From the NCBI GenBank assembly GCA_051859245.1, contig JBHYGA010000004.1, forward strand, positions 576,001 through 640,000: a stretch of DNA of 64,000 nucleotides, in the 5' to 3' direction. The DNA comes from Gemmatimonadaceae bacterium (lineage in GTDB: Bacteria; Gemmatimonadota; Gemmatimonadetes; Gemmatimonadales; Gemmatimonadaceae). The position numbers and the translations under genes are program-made. Positions 36,452 through 45,586 of this stretch are shown one piece after another. How positions within the stretch are numbered: position 1 is the stretch's first letter; each line of letters starts with the position of its first letter. Under the pieces are notes generated by a model that was not told the origin of the DNA, made no database searches, and worked only from the letters and a program-made list of their open reading frames with translations.

Positions 36452-37432
36452 ATGTCTCGCCCGGTCGTGGTCGTCACGCGAAAGCTGCCGGCTGAACTCG
36501 AAGCACAGATTACCGAGCGTTACGACGCGCATCTGAATCGCAACGACACGCCGCTCTCCGCGGTCGCCATGGCCGATGCGATGAAGGTCGCCGATGGCCT
36601 GTTGTGTACGGTGACGGACAAAATCACTGCGGCGCATTTTACCGTGCCGTCCAGACGCACGCGCGTGATTGCCAATTCTGGCGTGGGCGTGAACCACATT
36701 GACCTGGACGCGGCGCGCGCGGCAGGTGTGATCGTCACGAACACGCCCGATGTACTCACGGACGATACGGCCGACCTGGCGTTGGCGCTTATCCTGATGA
36801 CCGCGCGACGATTGGGCGAGGGAGAGCGACACGTTCGCAGTGGCGCGTGGAGTGGCTGGCGTCCCACGCATATGCTGGGGCGATCACTGCGCGGCAAGAC
36901 TCTCGGTATTGTTGGCTACGGTCGCATTGGCCGAGCGGTGGCTCGTCGCGCGGTGAGCGCGCTCGGCATGCGCGTGCAGTGGTGGGCGCCTCGGGATCCG
37001 GTGATCGACGACGCGACGTCAGCGGGACCATCGGACGCGACGCGCGTTGATACACTCGACACCTTGCTGGCGACGTCAGACGTGGTGTCGCTGCATTGTC
37101 CGGCAACGGAGGAGACGCGTCACTTGATGAATGCGGAGCGGATGCGACTGATGCCGCCGCATGGCATCTTGATCAATACCGCGCGCGGCAATGTGATTGA
37201 TGAGCACGCCCTGGTGCACGCGCTGCGTGAGCAGGTGATTGCCGCAGCCGGCCTTGATGTGTACGAGTTTGAGCCTACGGTGCTGCCAGATTTGCGCGAT
37301 TTCGAGAATGTGGTGTTGCTACCGCATCTCGGCAGTGCGACTATCGAAACGCGTCGTGCAATGGGTGAGCGTGCCCTGGAGAATCTTGCGGCGGCGCTCA
37401 ACGGTGATGCGCCGCGCGATCGGGTGGTCTGA
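36452..37432 (+). CDS. Glyoxylate/hydroxypyruvate reductase (D-2-hydroxyacid dehydrogenase)
   Basis: 'TNTPDVLT..TAD', 'GYGRIG', 'INTARG', 'GLDVYE.EP', 'LPHLGS'. Confidence 0.9.
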   Translation: MSRPVVVVTRKLPAELEAQITERYDAHLNRNDTPLSAVAMADAMKVADGLLCTVTDKITAAHFTVPSRRTRVIANSGVGVNHIDLDAARAAGVIVTNTPDVLTDDTADLALALILMTARRLGEGERHVRSGAWSGWRPTHMLGRSLRGKTLGIVGYGRIGRAVARRAVSALGMRVQWWAPRDPVIDDATSAGPSDATRVDTLDTLLATSDVVSLHCPATEETRHLMNAERMRLMPPHGILINTARGNVIDEHALVHALREQVIAAAGLDVYEFEPTVLPDLRDFENVVLLPHLGSATIETRRAMGERALENLAAALNGDAPRDRVV

Positions 37433-37443
37433 GCACAACGCAC

Positions 37444-38298
37444 ATGGAGCACACCGAAGACACCTCAGGAAAATCAGGCGCGCCGGGCGTACACGCCGGG
37501 TTGGTGCACGATCTGGAAACGGCCATCGCCGTTGGTGGATTGGCGCATTATCCCGCGGTCACGTCACGGTTTGTGCCGCATCAGCACGATGTGCTGGTGT
37601 GTGTGCCGCCAGGCTACGAGCGTGATACCACGCGCGAGTATGCGGTGGTGTATTTGCACGATGGTCAGAACGTGTTCGACGAATATCCGATGGCGCCGTT
37701 TGGTGTGCAGTGGGGTGTGGACACCACGGCTCGCGCGCTGATGCATGCCGGTGCAATTGAGCCGCTGATTCTGGTGGCAATCGGCAATGCGGGGCGTGAC
37801 CGAATTGATGAATACACGCCGACACGCGATGCGGGACACGATGCTGGTGGTCTGGCCGATCGCTACGGGCAAATGCTCGCGTATGAGATCAAGCCATTTA
37901 TTGATCGTCACTACCGCACCAAACGTGACGCCGCCAATACAGGGTTGATTGGGAGTTCGCTCGGGGGGCTGCTCACGCTGCACCTCGGGCTCACGCATCC
38001 GGCGATCTTTGGCAAACTTGGGCTCATGTCACCGTCGGTGTGGTGGGACGACCGATGGATCGTGCGCCAGCTGGTCTCTGCCGCCGGTGGTCGACCCGAC
38101 CTCACGATCTGGCTCGACGTTGGCACGCTTGAGAAACGCATGCTGCGCGGCGCGCGTTTGTTGTGTCGCACCCTGCAGCGACGCGGTTGGCGACTTGGCG
38201 AAGATCTCGAGTACGTTGAAGTAGACGGGGCGCTGCATGACGAACGATCGTGGGGGCAGCGCATTGGGCGCGTGCTCAGCTTTCTGTTTCCGGCGTAG
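37444..38298 (+). CDS. Alpha/beta-hydrolase, putative esterase (IroE/Fes-like)
   Basis: 'YLHDGQN', 'GSSLGG', 'HDERSW'. Confidence 0.85.
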   Translation: MEHTEDTSGKSGAPGVHAGLVHDLETAIAVGGLAHYPAVTSRFVPHQHDVLVCVPPGYERDTTREYAVVYLHDGQNVFDEYPMAPFGVQWGVDTTARALMHAGAIEPLILVAIGNAGRDRIDEYTPTRDAGHDAGGLADRYGQMLAYEIKPFIDRHYRTKRDAANTGLIGSSLGGLLTLHLGLTHPAIFGKLGLMSPSVWWDDRWIVRQLVSAAGGRPDLTIWLDVGTLEKRMLRGARLLCRTLQRRGWRLGEDLEYVEVDGALHDERSWGQRIGRVLSFLFPA

Positions 38299-38315
38299 AT
38301 ACCAAAGGACATTGT

Positions 38316-39038
38316 ATGCTGGCGCGTTTTGAGGGCTTTTCTCCGGCGGCGCTCACCTTTTTGCGCGGACTGGCCCGCAACAATCGCAAGGAATGGTTTG
38401 AGGCGAATCGCGCGCGGTATGAAGACGAGATCAAGCGTCCGCTGCTCGCGCTGATTGAAGACGTCGACATTCGTTTGGCCGAGTTCGCGCCAGAAATCAT
38501 TGGCAGCAAGAAGTCGCTCTTCCGGATTCATCGCGATGTGCGATTCAGCAAAGACAAGCGTCCGTACAAAACGCACGCGGCGTGCTGGTTCTATCATCGC
38601 GATGCTGGGCGCGCGGTGGGAGAGAATGCGGCCCATGGTGGCGCGGGCTTCTACTTTCATTTTGCGCCTGGCGAAGTGTTCACCGGCGGTGGCGTGTGGA
38701 TGCCGCCGCGCCCGGTGTTGCTGCGCATTCGTGAAGCGATCGCCGAATCGCCGGAAACGTTCACGGCCATCGTCAAGTCGCCGGCATTCAAGCGACGCTT
38801 TGGCGCGCTGGAGACGGAGCACATGCTGCAGCGCATGCCGCGCGGATTCGCCGCCGATCATCCAGCAGGTGATTGGTTGCGCTATCAGTCATTCACGGCC
38901 GGCCGCGCCTTGTCGGAAGAAGACCTTGGCTCACGCAAGCTGGTGGATCTGTTGGCCAAGGACTATCAGGTGATGCTGCCGTTGGTGCGCTGGATCAATA
39001 GCGTGAGCGGGTTGCCAATCGCGACCAGCCGAGCCTGA
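38316..39038 (+). CDS. DUF2461 family protein
   Basis: 'NNRKEWFEAN', 'FRIHRDVRFSKDKRPYK'. Confidence 0.88.
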   Translation: MLARFEGFSPAALTFLRGLARNNRKEWFEANRARYEDEIKRPLLALIEDVDIRLAEFAPEIIGSKKSLFRIHRDVRFSKDKRPYKTHAACWFYHRDAGRAVGENAAHGGAGFYFHFAPGEVFTGGGVWMPPRPVLLRIREAIAESPETFTAIVKSPAFKRRFGALETEHMLQRMPRGFAADHPAGDWLRYQSFTAGRALSEEDLGSRKLVDLLAKDYQVMLPLVRWINSVSGLPIATSRA

Positions 39039-39106
39039 TCGGTCTCTATTGGGCGCGGTTGTGCGTCTCCACTGGACGACTTCCACGCAGCAGGTGATTG
39101 TTCAGG

Positions 39107-39475
39107 ATGCGACGCACCATGTGTAAATCGAAGATCCACCGGGCCACGATCACGGCCGCTGATCTGAACTACGTTGGCAGTTGCACGATTGATCAGGATC
39201 TGATGGAGGCGGCCGATCTGTACGCCTACGAAAAGATCCAGGTGGTCAACGTGAACAACGGCTCACGTATTGAGACGTACGTCATTACCGGCGAACGTGG
39301 CAGCGGGACGATTCAGCTCAATGGCGCTGCGGCACGGCACGGAGCGCCAGGCGACATTGTCATCATCATTGCGTACGGTGAGTATGAGCAGTCGGAACTC
39401 ACCGCCGACTTTGTCCCACGCGTGGTTTTCGTGGACGGGAAGAATGCCATCACCAGTACGTCTGGCAACGCGTGA
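39107..39475 (+). CDS. panD: Aspartate 1-decarboxylase
   Basis: '[17 protein letters not shown]' self-cleavage site; 'R.ETYVI', 'LNGAAAR'. Confidence 0.95.
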   Translation: MRRTMCKSKIHRATITAADLNYVGSCTIDQDLMEAADLYAYEKIQVVNVNNGSRIETYVITGERGSGTIQLNGAAARHGAPGDIVIIIAYGEYEQSELTADFVPRVVFVDGKNAITSTSGNA

Positions 39476-40013
39476 AGACATTCCGGCGCTCAACGCGCTG
39501 ATTGCGTCGTCCGCGCGCGTACTCAGTCGCGGATACTACAGCGACGAGCAGATCGACGCGTTGGTCCAGTACGTGTTTGGTGTAGACTCGCAGCTGGTCA
39601 CGGATCGCAGTTATTACGTGATCGAGCGCAACGAGCGGTTTGCGGCGTGCGGTGGATGGAGCGCGCGTCGTTCAATCTTTGGCGGAGACCAGGCAAAGTC
39701 TGGCGATGATTCCGCGCTGGATCCCGGCACCGAGAGTGCGAGGATTCGCGCATTTTTTGTGCATCCGGAATTCGCGCGCCAGGGGTTGGGGCGAGCCCTG
39801 CTTTCGCATTGCGAGGGCGAGGCGCGTGCCGCTGGTTTTCTTACCGCCGAGCTGATGTCAACGCTTCCGGGTGTGCCACTGTATCGGGCGCTTGGCTACG
39901 AGGACGTGGAAGCGGTTACGTACACCATGCCAAACGGGACGCGCGTGGACTTTGTGCGCATGTCGCATTCACTGCGCGAGAGCGCGCCGCAACACACGAC
40001 CCACGAGCGCTGA
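39444..40013 (+). CDS. GNAT acetyltransferase
   Basis: 'GVDSQLV', '[14 protein letters not shown]', 'TLPGVPLY'. Confidence 0.85.
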   Translation: MPSPVRLATREDIPALNALIASSARVLSRGYYSDEQIDALVQYVFGVDSQLVTDRSYYVIERNERFAACGGWSARRSIFGGDQAKSGDDSALDPGTESARIRAFFVHPEFARQGLGRALLSHCEGEARAAGFLTAELMSTLPGVPLYRALGYEDVEAVTYTMPNGTRVDFVRMSHSLRESAPQHTTHER

Positions 40014-40021
40014 CTACACCG

Positions 40022-40570
40022 CTATTCCAAGCGATCGCGTGTGGCCACGAGTTGTTCAATTGCGTCCGCTACGTGGGTGGCATCGATGTGATGATCGTTG
40101 CGCGCCACCCGAAGGCGATGCGCAGCGATCAGCACATCGGCATCACGAAATCCCGCCGGCGTTTCAAACTTGTAGCACGCGAGTTCGACCTTGAGGCCGT
40201 TCGGATCCCGAAGGTAGATGGAATCCATGAAGCCGCGGTCACGCACCTGAAAGGCAATGCCGCGGGCGGTCAGGCGGTCTGGCACTTGCAGCCACGTGGC
40301 ACGTGACACGTTGAAGGCAATGTGCTCTACGCAGCCGACGTCGCGCGGTGCCGGCCGGTCGGCGTCAGCGCGCGTTTCGTCAGTAAAGACGGTGAGCAGC
40401 CGGCCGTCGCCGGGGTCAAAGTAGAGATGACTCTCCGATTCCAGGCTCAGGTTCGGCTGTTCGAAGATGAACGGCATGCCGAGCAGTCCCTGCCAGAAAT
40501 CAATTGCCGTCTGGCGGGACGAACCGACGAGCGTGATATGGTGCACGCCCTGAACCTGGATGCGCTGCAT
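40022..40570 (-). CDS. VOC/glyoxalase family protein
   Basis: 'GVHHITL', 'HLYFD', 'EHIAF', '[15 protein letters not shown]'; GAGG RBS. Confidence 0.85.
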   Translation of the reverse strand: MQRIQVQGVHHITLVGSSRQTAIDFWQGLLGMPFIFEQPNLSLESESHLYFDPGDGRLLTVFTDETRADADRPAPRDVGCVEHIAFNVSRATWLQVPDRLTARGIAFQVRDRGFMDSIYLRDPNGLKVELACYKFETPAGFRDADVLIAAHRLRVARNDHHIDATHVADAIEQLVATRDRLE

Positions 40571-40624
40571 GACCGCCTCTGTGGGGGACTGTTGTTCCGC
40601 CAAGGTATCACTTTTCTTTCATTG

Positions 40625-41419
40625 ATGAAACAGTACCAGCAACTGCTCCAGCTCGTGCTCAGCGAGGGCAAGTTCAAGGCCGATCGGACCGGTACCGGCA
40701 CCCTGGCGGTTTTTGGCGCGCAGGCGCGCTACCCGCTCGGCGACGGCTTTCCGATGGTGACCACCAAGAAGCTGCACCTCAAGTCAATCATTCACGAGCT
40801 GCTCTGGTTTCTGCGTGGCGATACGAACATCAAGTATCTCACCGACAACGGCGTCAGCATCTGGAACGAGTGGGCGGATGCCGACGGGAATCTTGGTCGC
40901 GTGTACGGCGCGCAGTGGACGGATTGGCGCACGCCGGACGGGCAGAGCATCAATCAGATTGATCGCGTGATTGAACAGATTCGTACGCGCCCCGACAGCC
41001 GCCGGCACATTGTGACGGCCTGGAATCCGGGCGAAGTGGATGACATGGCGTTGCCGCCGTGTCACGCGATGTTTCAGTTTTTTGTGCAGGACGGCGAGCT
41101 CAGTTGCCAGTTGTACCAGCGCAGCGCCGACCTGTTTCTCGGCGTGCCGTTCAACATTGCGTCGTACGCACTGCTCACCATGATGGTCGCGCAGGTCACG
41201 GGGCTGAAGCCCGGCACGTTTGTGCATACGTTTGGTGATCTGCATTTGTACAGCAACCATCTTGACCAGGCGCGCTTGCAGCTCAGCCGCGAGCCGCGGC
41301 CACTCCCGCGCATGGAGCTCAATCCTCGCGTGACCAACATTCACGACTTCACGTTCGACGACTTCACGCTGGTTGGATACGATCCACATCCGTCGATCGC
41401 GGCTCCAATCGCGGTGTAA
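40625..41419 (+). CDS. thyA: Thymidylate synthase
   Basis: 'DRTGTGT', 'ELLWFL.G', 'LPPCH', 'YQRSAD.FLGVPFN', 'IAV' end; 264 aa. Confidence 0.98.
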   Translation: MKQYQQLLQLVLSEGKFKADRTGTGTLAVFGAQARYPLGDGFPMVTTKKLHLKSIIHELLWFLRGDTNIKYLTDNGVSIWNEWADADGNLGRVYGAQWTDWRTPDGQSINQIDRVIEQIRTRPDSRRHIVTAWNPGEVDDMALPPCHAMFQFFVQDGELSCQLYQRSADLFLGVPFNIASYALLTMMVAQVTGLKPGTFVHTFGDLHLYSNHLDQARLQLSREPRPLPRMELNPRVTNIHDFTFDDFTLVGYDPHPSIAAPIAV

Positions 41420-41425
41420 CGCCGC

Positions 41426-41926
41426 ATGAAGCGTTTCAAGGCGATTGCCGCGATGTCGGAGAATCGGGTAATTGGCAACGGTCCCAACATTCCGTGGCAC
41501 ATCCCCGATGATTTCAAATGGTTCAAACAGACAACGACAGGGCAGATCGTTGTGATGGGCCGGACCACGTTTGAATCAATCGGTCGACCGCTGCCAAACC
41601 GAACGACCATTGTACTGAGTCGCAGTGGGTTCACGTGGCCCGGCGTTCGCACGGTCACCAGCCTTGCGGAGATCGATGTCAACGCCGACGAGCGCGATGT
41701 ATTCATTTGCGGTGGCGCGCAAATCTACGAGCTCGCACTCCCGAGTTGCTCGGACCTGTATCTCACACATGTCAAACGTGTGGTCGAGGGAAACGTACTG
41801 TTTCCGCCTTTTGAACCGCTGTTCGACCACGGCACGCTTGTGATGGAGCATCCCGAGTTCCGGATTGTGCACTACCAACGGATGCTAAAGCGCGCGTTTG
41901 CTGGCGCGCGCTCTACTACGCGTTGA
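41426..41926 (+). CDS. folA: Dihydrofolate reductase
   Basis: 'IPWHIPDD', 'MGRTTFESI.RPLPNR', 'ICGGAQIY'. Confidence 0.95.
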   Translation: MKRFKAIAAMSENRVIGNGPNIPWHIPDDFKWFKQTTTGQIVVMGRTTFESIGRPLPNRTTIVLSRSGFTWPGVRTVTSLAEIDVNADERDVFICGGAQIYELALPSCSDLYLTHVKRVVEGNVLFPPFEPLFDHGTLVMEHPEFRIVHYQRMLKRAFAGARSTTR

Positions 41927-42695
41927 TCAGTCGCGAGATCGCCTGCAGGCCATCTTCGCCCACATCGAGGCTGTGTTCATTCACGTACAGCTTGATGTGC
42001 GCCGCACACACCTCGGGTGACATTTCCTGCGAGTGTGCCAGTACGTAGTCGCGGCTTGCGTCGGGGTTGTCAAAGGCATACTGGACCGACGCACGAATCG
42101 CACGCTGCAGCTCACTCACGAGATCGTCGTCCAGATCACTTCGTGCGCAGATGCCGGCCAGTGGCACGGGAAGCGCGGTCTCACGTTCCCACCATTCGCC
42201 GAGATCCGCGACTTTCGTGAGCCCATGGTCTGCGTAGGTGAAGCGGCTCTCGTGAATCACAAGTCCGGCATCAACGTCACCATGTTCCACCGCGCGCAGG
42301 ATCTGATCGTAGCGCATTACCACCACGTGGCGTAGATCAGGCGCTGCGAGGCGCAACAAGCGAAACGCCGTGGTCGCTGACCCTGGAATCGCGAGTCGCG
42401 AGTGCGCCGCTTGTTCGAGTGACATCGGTGTGCGTGCCACCACCAGTGGTCCAACACCGTGGCCGAGCGCCGCGCCACTGCGTAACAAACGATACCGTTC
42501 ACCAACGGCGGCGAACGCGCCAACGCTCAGCTTGGTGAGGTCAAACTCGCCGCGTTGTGCGCGTTGGTTGAGCGCTTCGATGTCATGGAGTACCGGTACA
42601 ATACGGCAAGGCACGTCCACCAGGCCGTGCGTAAGCGCGTGAAAAGCGAACGTGTCGTTCGGGCACGGCGAATAGCCAAACGTGAGCTCACGCAT
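41916..42695 (-). CDS. mqnD: 1,4-dihydroxy-6-naphthoate synthase
   Basis: 'SPCPNDTF', 'DIEALN', 'G.G.GPL', 'IHESRFTY', 'DLGEWW', 'HIKLYVN'. Confidence 0.93.
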   Translation of the reverse strand: MRELTFGYSPCPNDTFAFHALTHGLVDVPCRIVPVLHDIEALNQRAQRGEFDLTKLSVGAFAAVGERYRLLRSGAALGHGVGPLVVARTPMSLEQAAHSRLAIPGSATTAFRLLRLAAPDLRHVVVMRYDQILRAVEHGDVDAGLVIHESRFTYADHGLTKVADLGEWWERETALPVPLAGICARSDLDDDLVSELQRAIRASVQYAFDNPDASRDYVLAHSQEMSPEVCAAHIKLYVNEHSLDVGEDGLQAISRLINA

Positions 42696-43287
42696 GCGAC
42701 GCAGTGGAAATACCGTTGATCAGATGCGCGCGCAGCGCGTGGACCATCAACGGCGTAGCCGCAGTGATCGCCGAAAATGCCGCCGCGAAATGCCAGTTAC
42801 GGCGATCGTCTTCTTCGATCTCATTTGAAATCGCTCGAACTTCGAGCGCGGGAATATTCGCGCGCTCTGCCGCGCGAAGCACGCCGAATCCTTCCATGGC
42901 CTCTACGTCGCAGGCCGTCGTGCCGCCAACGCGCGCGCTGGTCCCGATGGTCAGCAACTCGGCGTCCCGCAGTGCGCCGTGCACGATGGCCATGAGGTTC
43001 TGAGGTGCACTGATGCTGTGGGGCGACCAGTTCTTCGTGGCGTCAGCGTCGCAGTAGAGCGACGCGCGGCCGATCACCAGTGAGGCCGGCGCCAGCGCGC
43101 GGGCGCGGCGAGCACCGGCGATACCAACGTGCAGCACGATATGGGGCTGAAGTTGCGCAATCGCAGCCGCTGTTCCGGCGGCGGCTTCGATCGGGCCCAC
43201 GCCGCAAGCAATCGCCAGCCAACCGTCCGGTTTGGCAAGTTCGTGCTCGGTGGCTGCCACCACCAGGATGCGAGGGTTCACGCTCAT
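42688..43287 (-). CDS. mqnB: Futalosine hydrolase (nucleoside phosphorylase fold)
   Basis: 'GVGP..AA', 'GIAG', 'EAMEG', 'EVRAISN...R.NW'; overlaps mqnD. Confidence 0.75.
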   Translation of the reverse strand: MSVNPRILVVAATEHELAKPDGWLAIACGVGPIEAAAGTAAAIAQLQPHIVLHVGIAGARRARALAPASLVIGRASLYCDADATKNWSPHSISAPQNLMAIVHGALRDAELLTIGTSARVGGTTACDVEAMEGFGVLRAAERANIPALEVRAISNEIEEDDRRNWHFAAAFSAITAATPLMVHALRAHLINGISTASHA

Positions 43288-43399
43288 CTGTGGAAAGTTA
43301 TTGAAGTGCAGGCGATAATAGGGGAGCTCCATGTCGTGCAACGGTGCCTGGCGGTGGCCGTCCGTCCGCCCGCTTCCTCCCTTCGAAACGCAGCGATTC

Positions 43400-43882
43400 G
43401 TGGCAATCCATGTCGTGCTGGTCCACCCCGAGATTCACTGGAACACCGGCAACGCCGGTCGCACGTGTCTGGCGACCGGCGCCACGCTGCACCTGATCGA
43501 ACCGTTAGGATTTTCGCTCGACGAGCGAGAAGTCAAACGCGCCGGACTCGACTACTGGGAACATGTTGACGTTCGCGTGTGGCCCAGCTGGGCCGCGTTC
43601 GAACGCGAACTCCCCACGCTGGGCGATGCGTACTTCTTTTCGACCAAAGGGACGCGCACATTCTGGGATGCCCCGATGGGCGAGTCTGACAACGTGGTGC
43701 TCGTGTTTGGACGAGAGACTGGTGGGCTGCCGCCGGAGCTTCATGCACGCTACGCGGAACGGTTTGTCACCATGCCAATCCTTTCGACGCGCGTGCGGTC
43801 GCTGAATCTTTCAACCGCGGTTGCGATCGCCACGTACGAGGTACTGCGGCAACGCGCGGCGCGCGTGGGAGGTGGTGTGTGA
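43400..43882 (+). CDS. trmL: tRNA (cytidine/uridine-34-2'-O)-methyltransferase
   Basis: 'PEI.WNTGN..R', 'RAGLDYW', 'FGRET.GL', 'RSLNLS'. Confidence 0.92.
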   Translation: MAIHVVLVHPEIHWNTGNAGRTCLATGATLHLIEPLGFSLDEREVKRAGLDYWEHVDVRVWPSWAAFERELPTLGDAYFFSTKGTRTFWDAPMGESDNVVLVFGRETGGLPPELHARYAERFVTMPILSTRVRSLNLSTAVAIATYEVLRQRAARVGGGV

Positions 43883-44952
43883 GACACGCTGTTGGCGTTC
43901 GGACATCACGGCTCGTGTTGCGACACGCTCTCACGGCTCTTGTCGTGACTTCATCGTTGTTCGGCTGCTCGGCCGCCGACTCAACCACGGCGGCTCCACC
44001 AACCGGAAATCCACCGCCGGCCGGTCCGCCACCCGCGCCACCAACTACGATTTCAACTGCCGCGCGCAATCATCTTGAGCAAGTGCTGGCGATCATGCAG
44101 GGCAACTCCATCAACCGTCTCAAGATTGATTGGACTACGTTTCGGAACGATGTGTTCAGTGTAGCGGGGGCGGCGCAACAGATCTCCGATCTCACACCGG
44201 CGATTCGTCGTGCACTAGAGCTGATCGGCGACGGCCACTCCTCGTATCGCGGGGCAAACGGCCAGTTCGTATTCGTGCCAACGCGCGTATGTGGTCCGTC
44301 GGCGCCGCTCGGAACGATCACCGTGCCGAGCTCAATTGGATACGTGCGTGTGACGGGCTTCAGCGGATCCGCCAGCGAGGCATCCGAGTTTGCGGCGAAC
44401 ATTCAAAGCAGCATTCGCGCGCAGGACTCCGACGCGATTCGCGGATGGATCGTTGACCTGCGCAGTAACTCGGGCGGCAACATGTGGCCGATGCTGTCGG
44501 GGATCGGGCCGATCCTTGGTGTAGACACCGTGGGTTTCTTCATCAATCCCGTGGGCGCACAAGTCTGGTGGGGCTATCGGGAGGACGGCGCGTCAGTGTC
44601 CAATGCGTTTGTCGTGCATCAGTCGCCAGTTGTGCACCGACTGCGTCGGGAGATGCCCCCTGTCGCCGTACTTACCAATATCGGGACGGCGAGTTCAGGT
44701 GAAGCGGTGGCCATTGCCTTTCGCAAGCGCATCCGTACGCGGTCGTTCGGCCAGGCAACCTGTGGTCTTTCTACTGCGAACAGTGGGTTCACGCTGGCGG
44801 ACGGTGCGCTGCTGAACCTGACGGTGTCCGTCATGGCCGATCGCACGCGAGAGGCGTACGGAGATCGTGTTGTGCCAGATGAAGTTGTTGAGCCGATGGA
44901 TGCTGTAGGCAGTCGAGCTGTTGCCTGGTTGTTGTCGCAAAGTCCACCGTAA
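43879..44952 (+). CDS. S41-family peptidase lipoprotein, catalytic site intact
   Basis: Lipobox 'LFGC'; 'VDLRSNSGGN', 'TASSGE'. Confidence 0.85.
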   Translation: MRHAVGVRTSRLVLRHALTALVVTSSLFGCSAADSTTAAPPTGNPPPAGPPPAPPTTISTAARNHLEQVLAIMQGNSINRLKIDWTTFRNDVFSVAGAAQQISDLTPAIRRALELIGDGHSSYRGANGQFVFVPTRVCGPSAPLGTITVPSSIGYVRVTGFSGSASEASEFAANIQSSIRAQDSDAIRGWIVDLRSNSGGNMWPMLSGIGPILGVDTVGFFINPVGAQVWWGYREDGASVSNAFVVHQSPVVHRLRREMPPVAVLTNIGTASSGEAVAIAFRKRIRTRSFGQATCGLSTANSGFTLADGALLNLTVSVMADRTREAYGDRVVPDEVVEPMDAVGSRAVAWLLSQSPP

Positions 44953-44980
44953 CGAGTTGACGCGCTCAGAGGGCGCACTG

Positions 44981-45586
44981 ATGAAAGCTCGTGTTGCGTT
45001 TACGATTTGCACGCTGGTACAAGCGCTTGTACCAACCGCGTCGTTCACGGCGCAATCATCGCAGGCGGCGCGAGTTCGTCTGGTGAACGACACGGTGATT
45101 GCCGGTGTGCACTGCGCCCCAACCGGTCGGGCGTACGCGGTGATCCACGTGAATGGGTCTCTCGACGAGTGTCCCGTTGCGAACGACACGGTGATCGCGG
45201 GCCACGCATTGCCACGGCTTACGTGGCTTCGTTTGCTCGACGATCGCACGCTTGATGGAGCGTGGTTGCCTGAAGACACTGAACTGCAGGGTGTGCAGTG
45301 CAAAGGCTCTGGCTACAAGGGCTGGTCCGTGCGCTTTTACCACACCGGTCAGCTGTCAAGTTGTTATCCTGCCATCGAACAGACCATCGATGGCGTACCG
45401 TGCCGAGGTGCCGCGTTTCTTACCGAACTGACGGGTCCCACGCAAATCGCGCTGCATGCTGATGGGAGGCTTCGCTCGTGCCGATTGGCGCGATCAATCG
45501 AGCGAGATGGTGTGAAGTACAAGGGTGGACGCCGTATCACACTCACCCCCGAGGGGCGCGTGCTACCAACGCCGGGTTCGCCGTGA
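44981..45586 (+). CDS. Exported Cys-containing beta-repeat protein
   Basis: Signal peptide; about 5 repeats of D/E-T-x-I-x-G-x-x-C...G-x-L-x-x-C. Confidence 0.6.
   Translation: MKARVAFTICTLVQALVPTASFTAQSSQAARVRLVNDTVIAGVHCAPTGRAYAVIHVNGSLDECPVANDTVIAGHALPRLTWLRLLDDRTLDGAWLPEDTELQGVQCKGSGYKGWSVRFYHTGQLSSCYPAIEQTIDGVPCRGAAFLTELTGPTQIALHADGRLRSCRLARSIERDGVKYKGGRRITLTPEGRVLPTPGSP

Noticed and set aside
40322..40624. 101-aa N-terminal extension of ThyA suggesting a fusion
   Set aside because: Overlaps the divergent VOC gene; ThyA homology starts at ATG 40625 and gives the normal 264 aa
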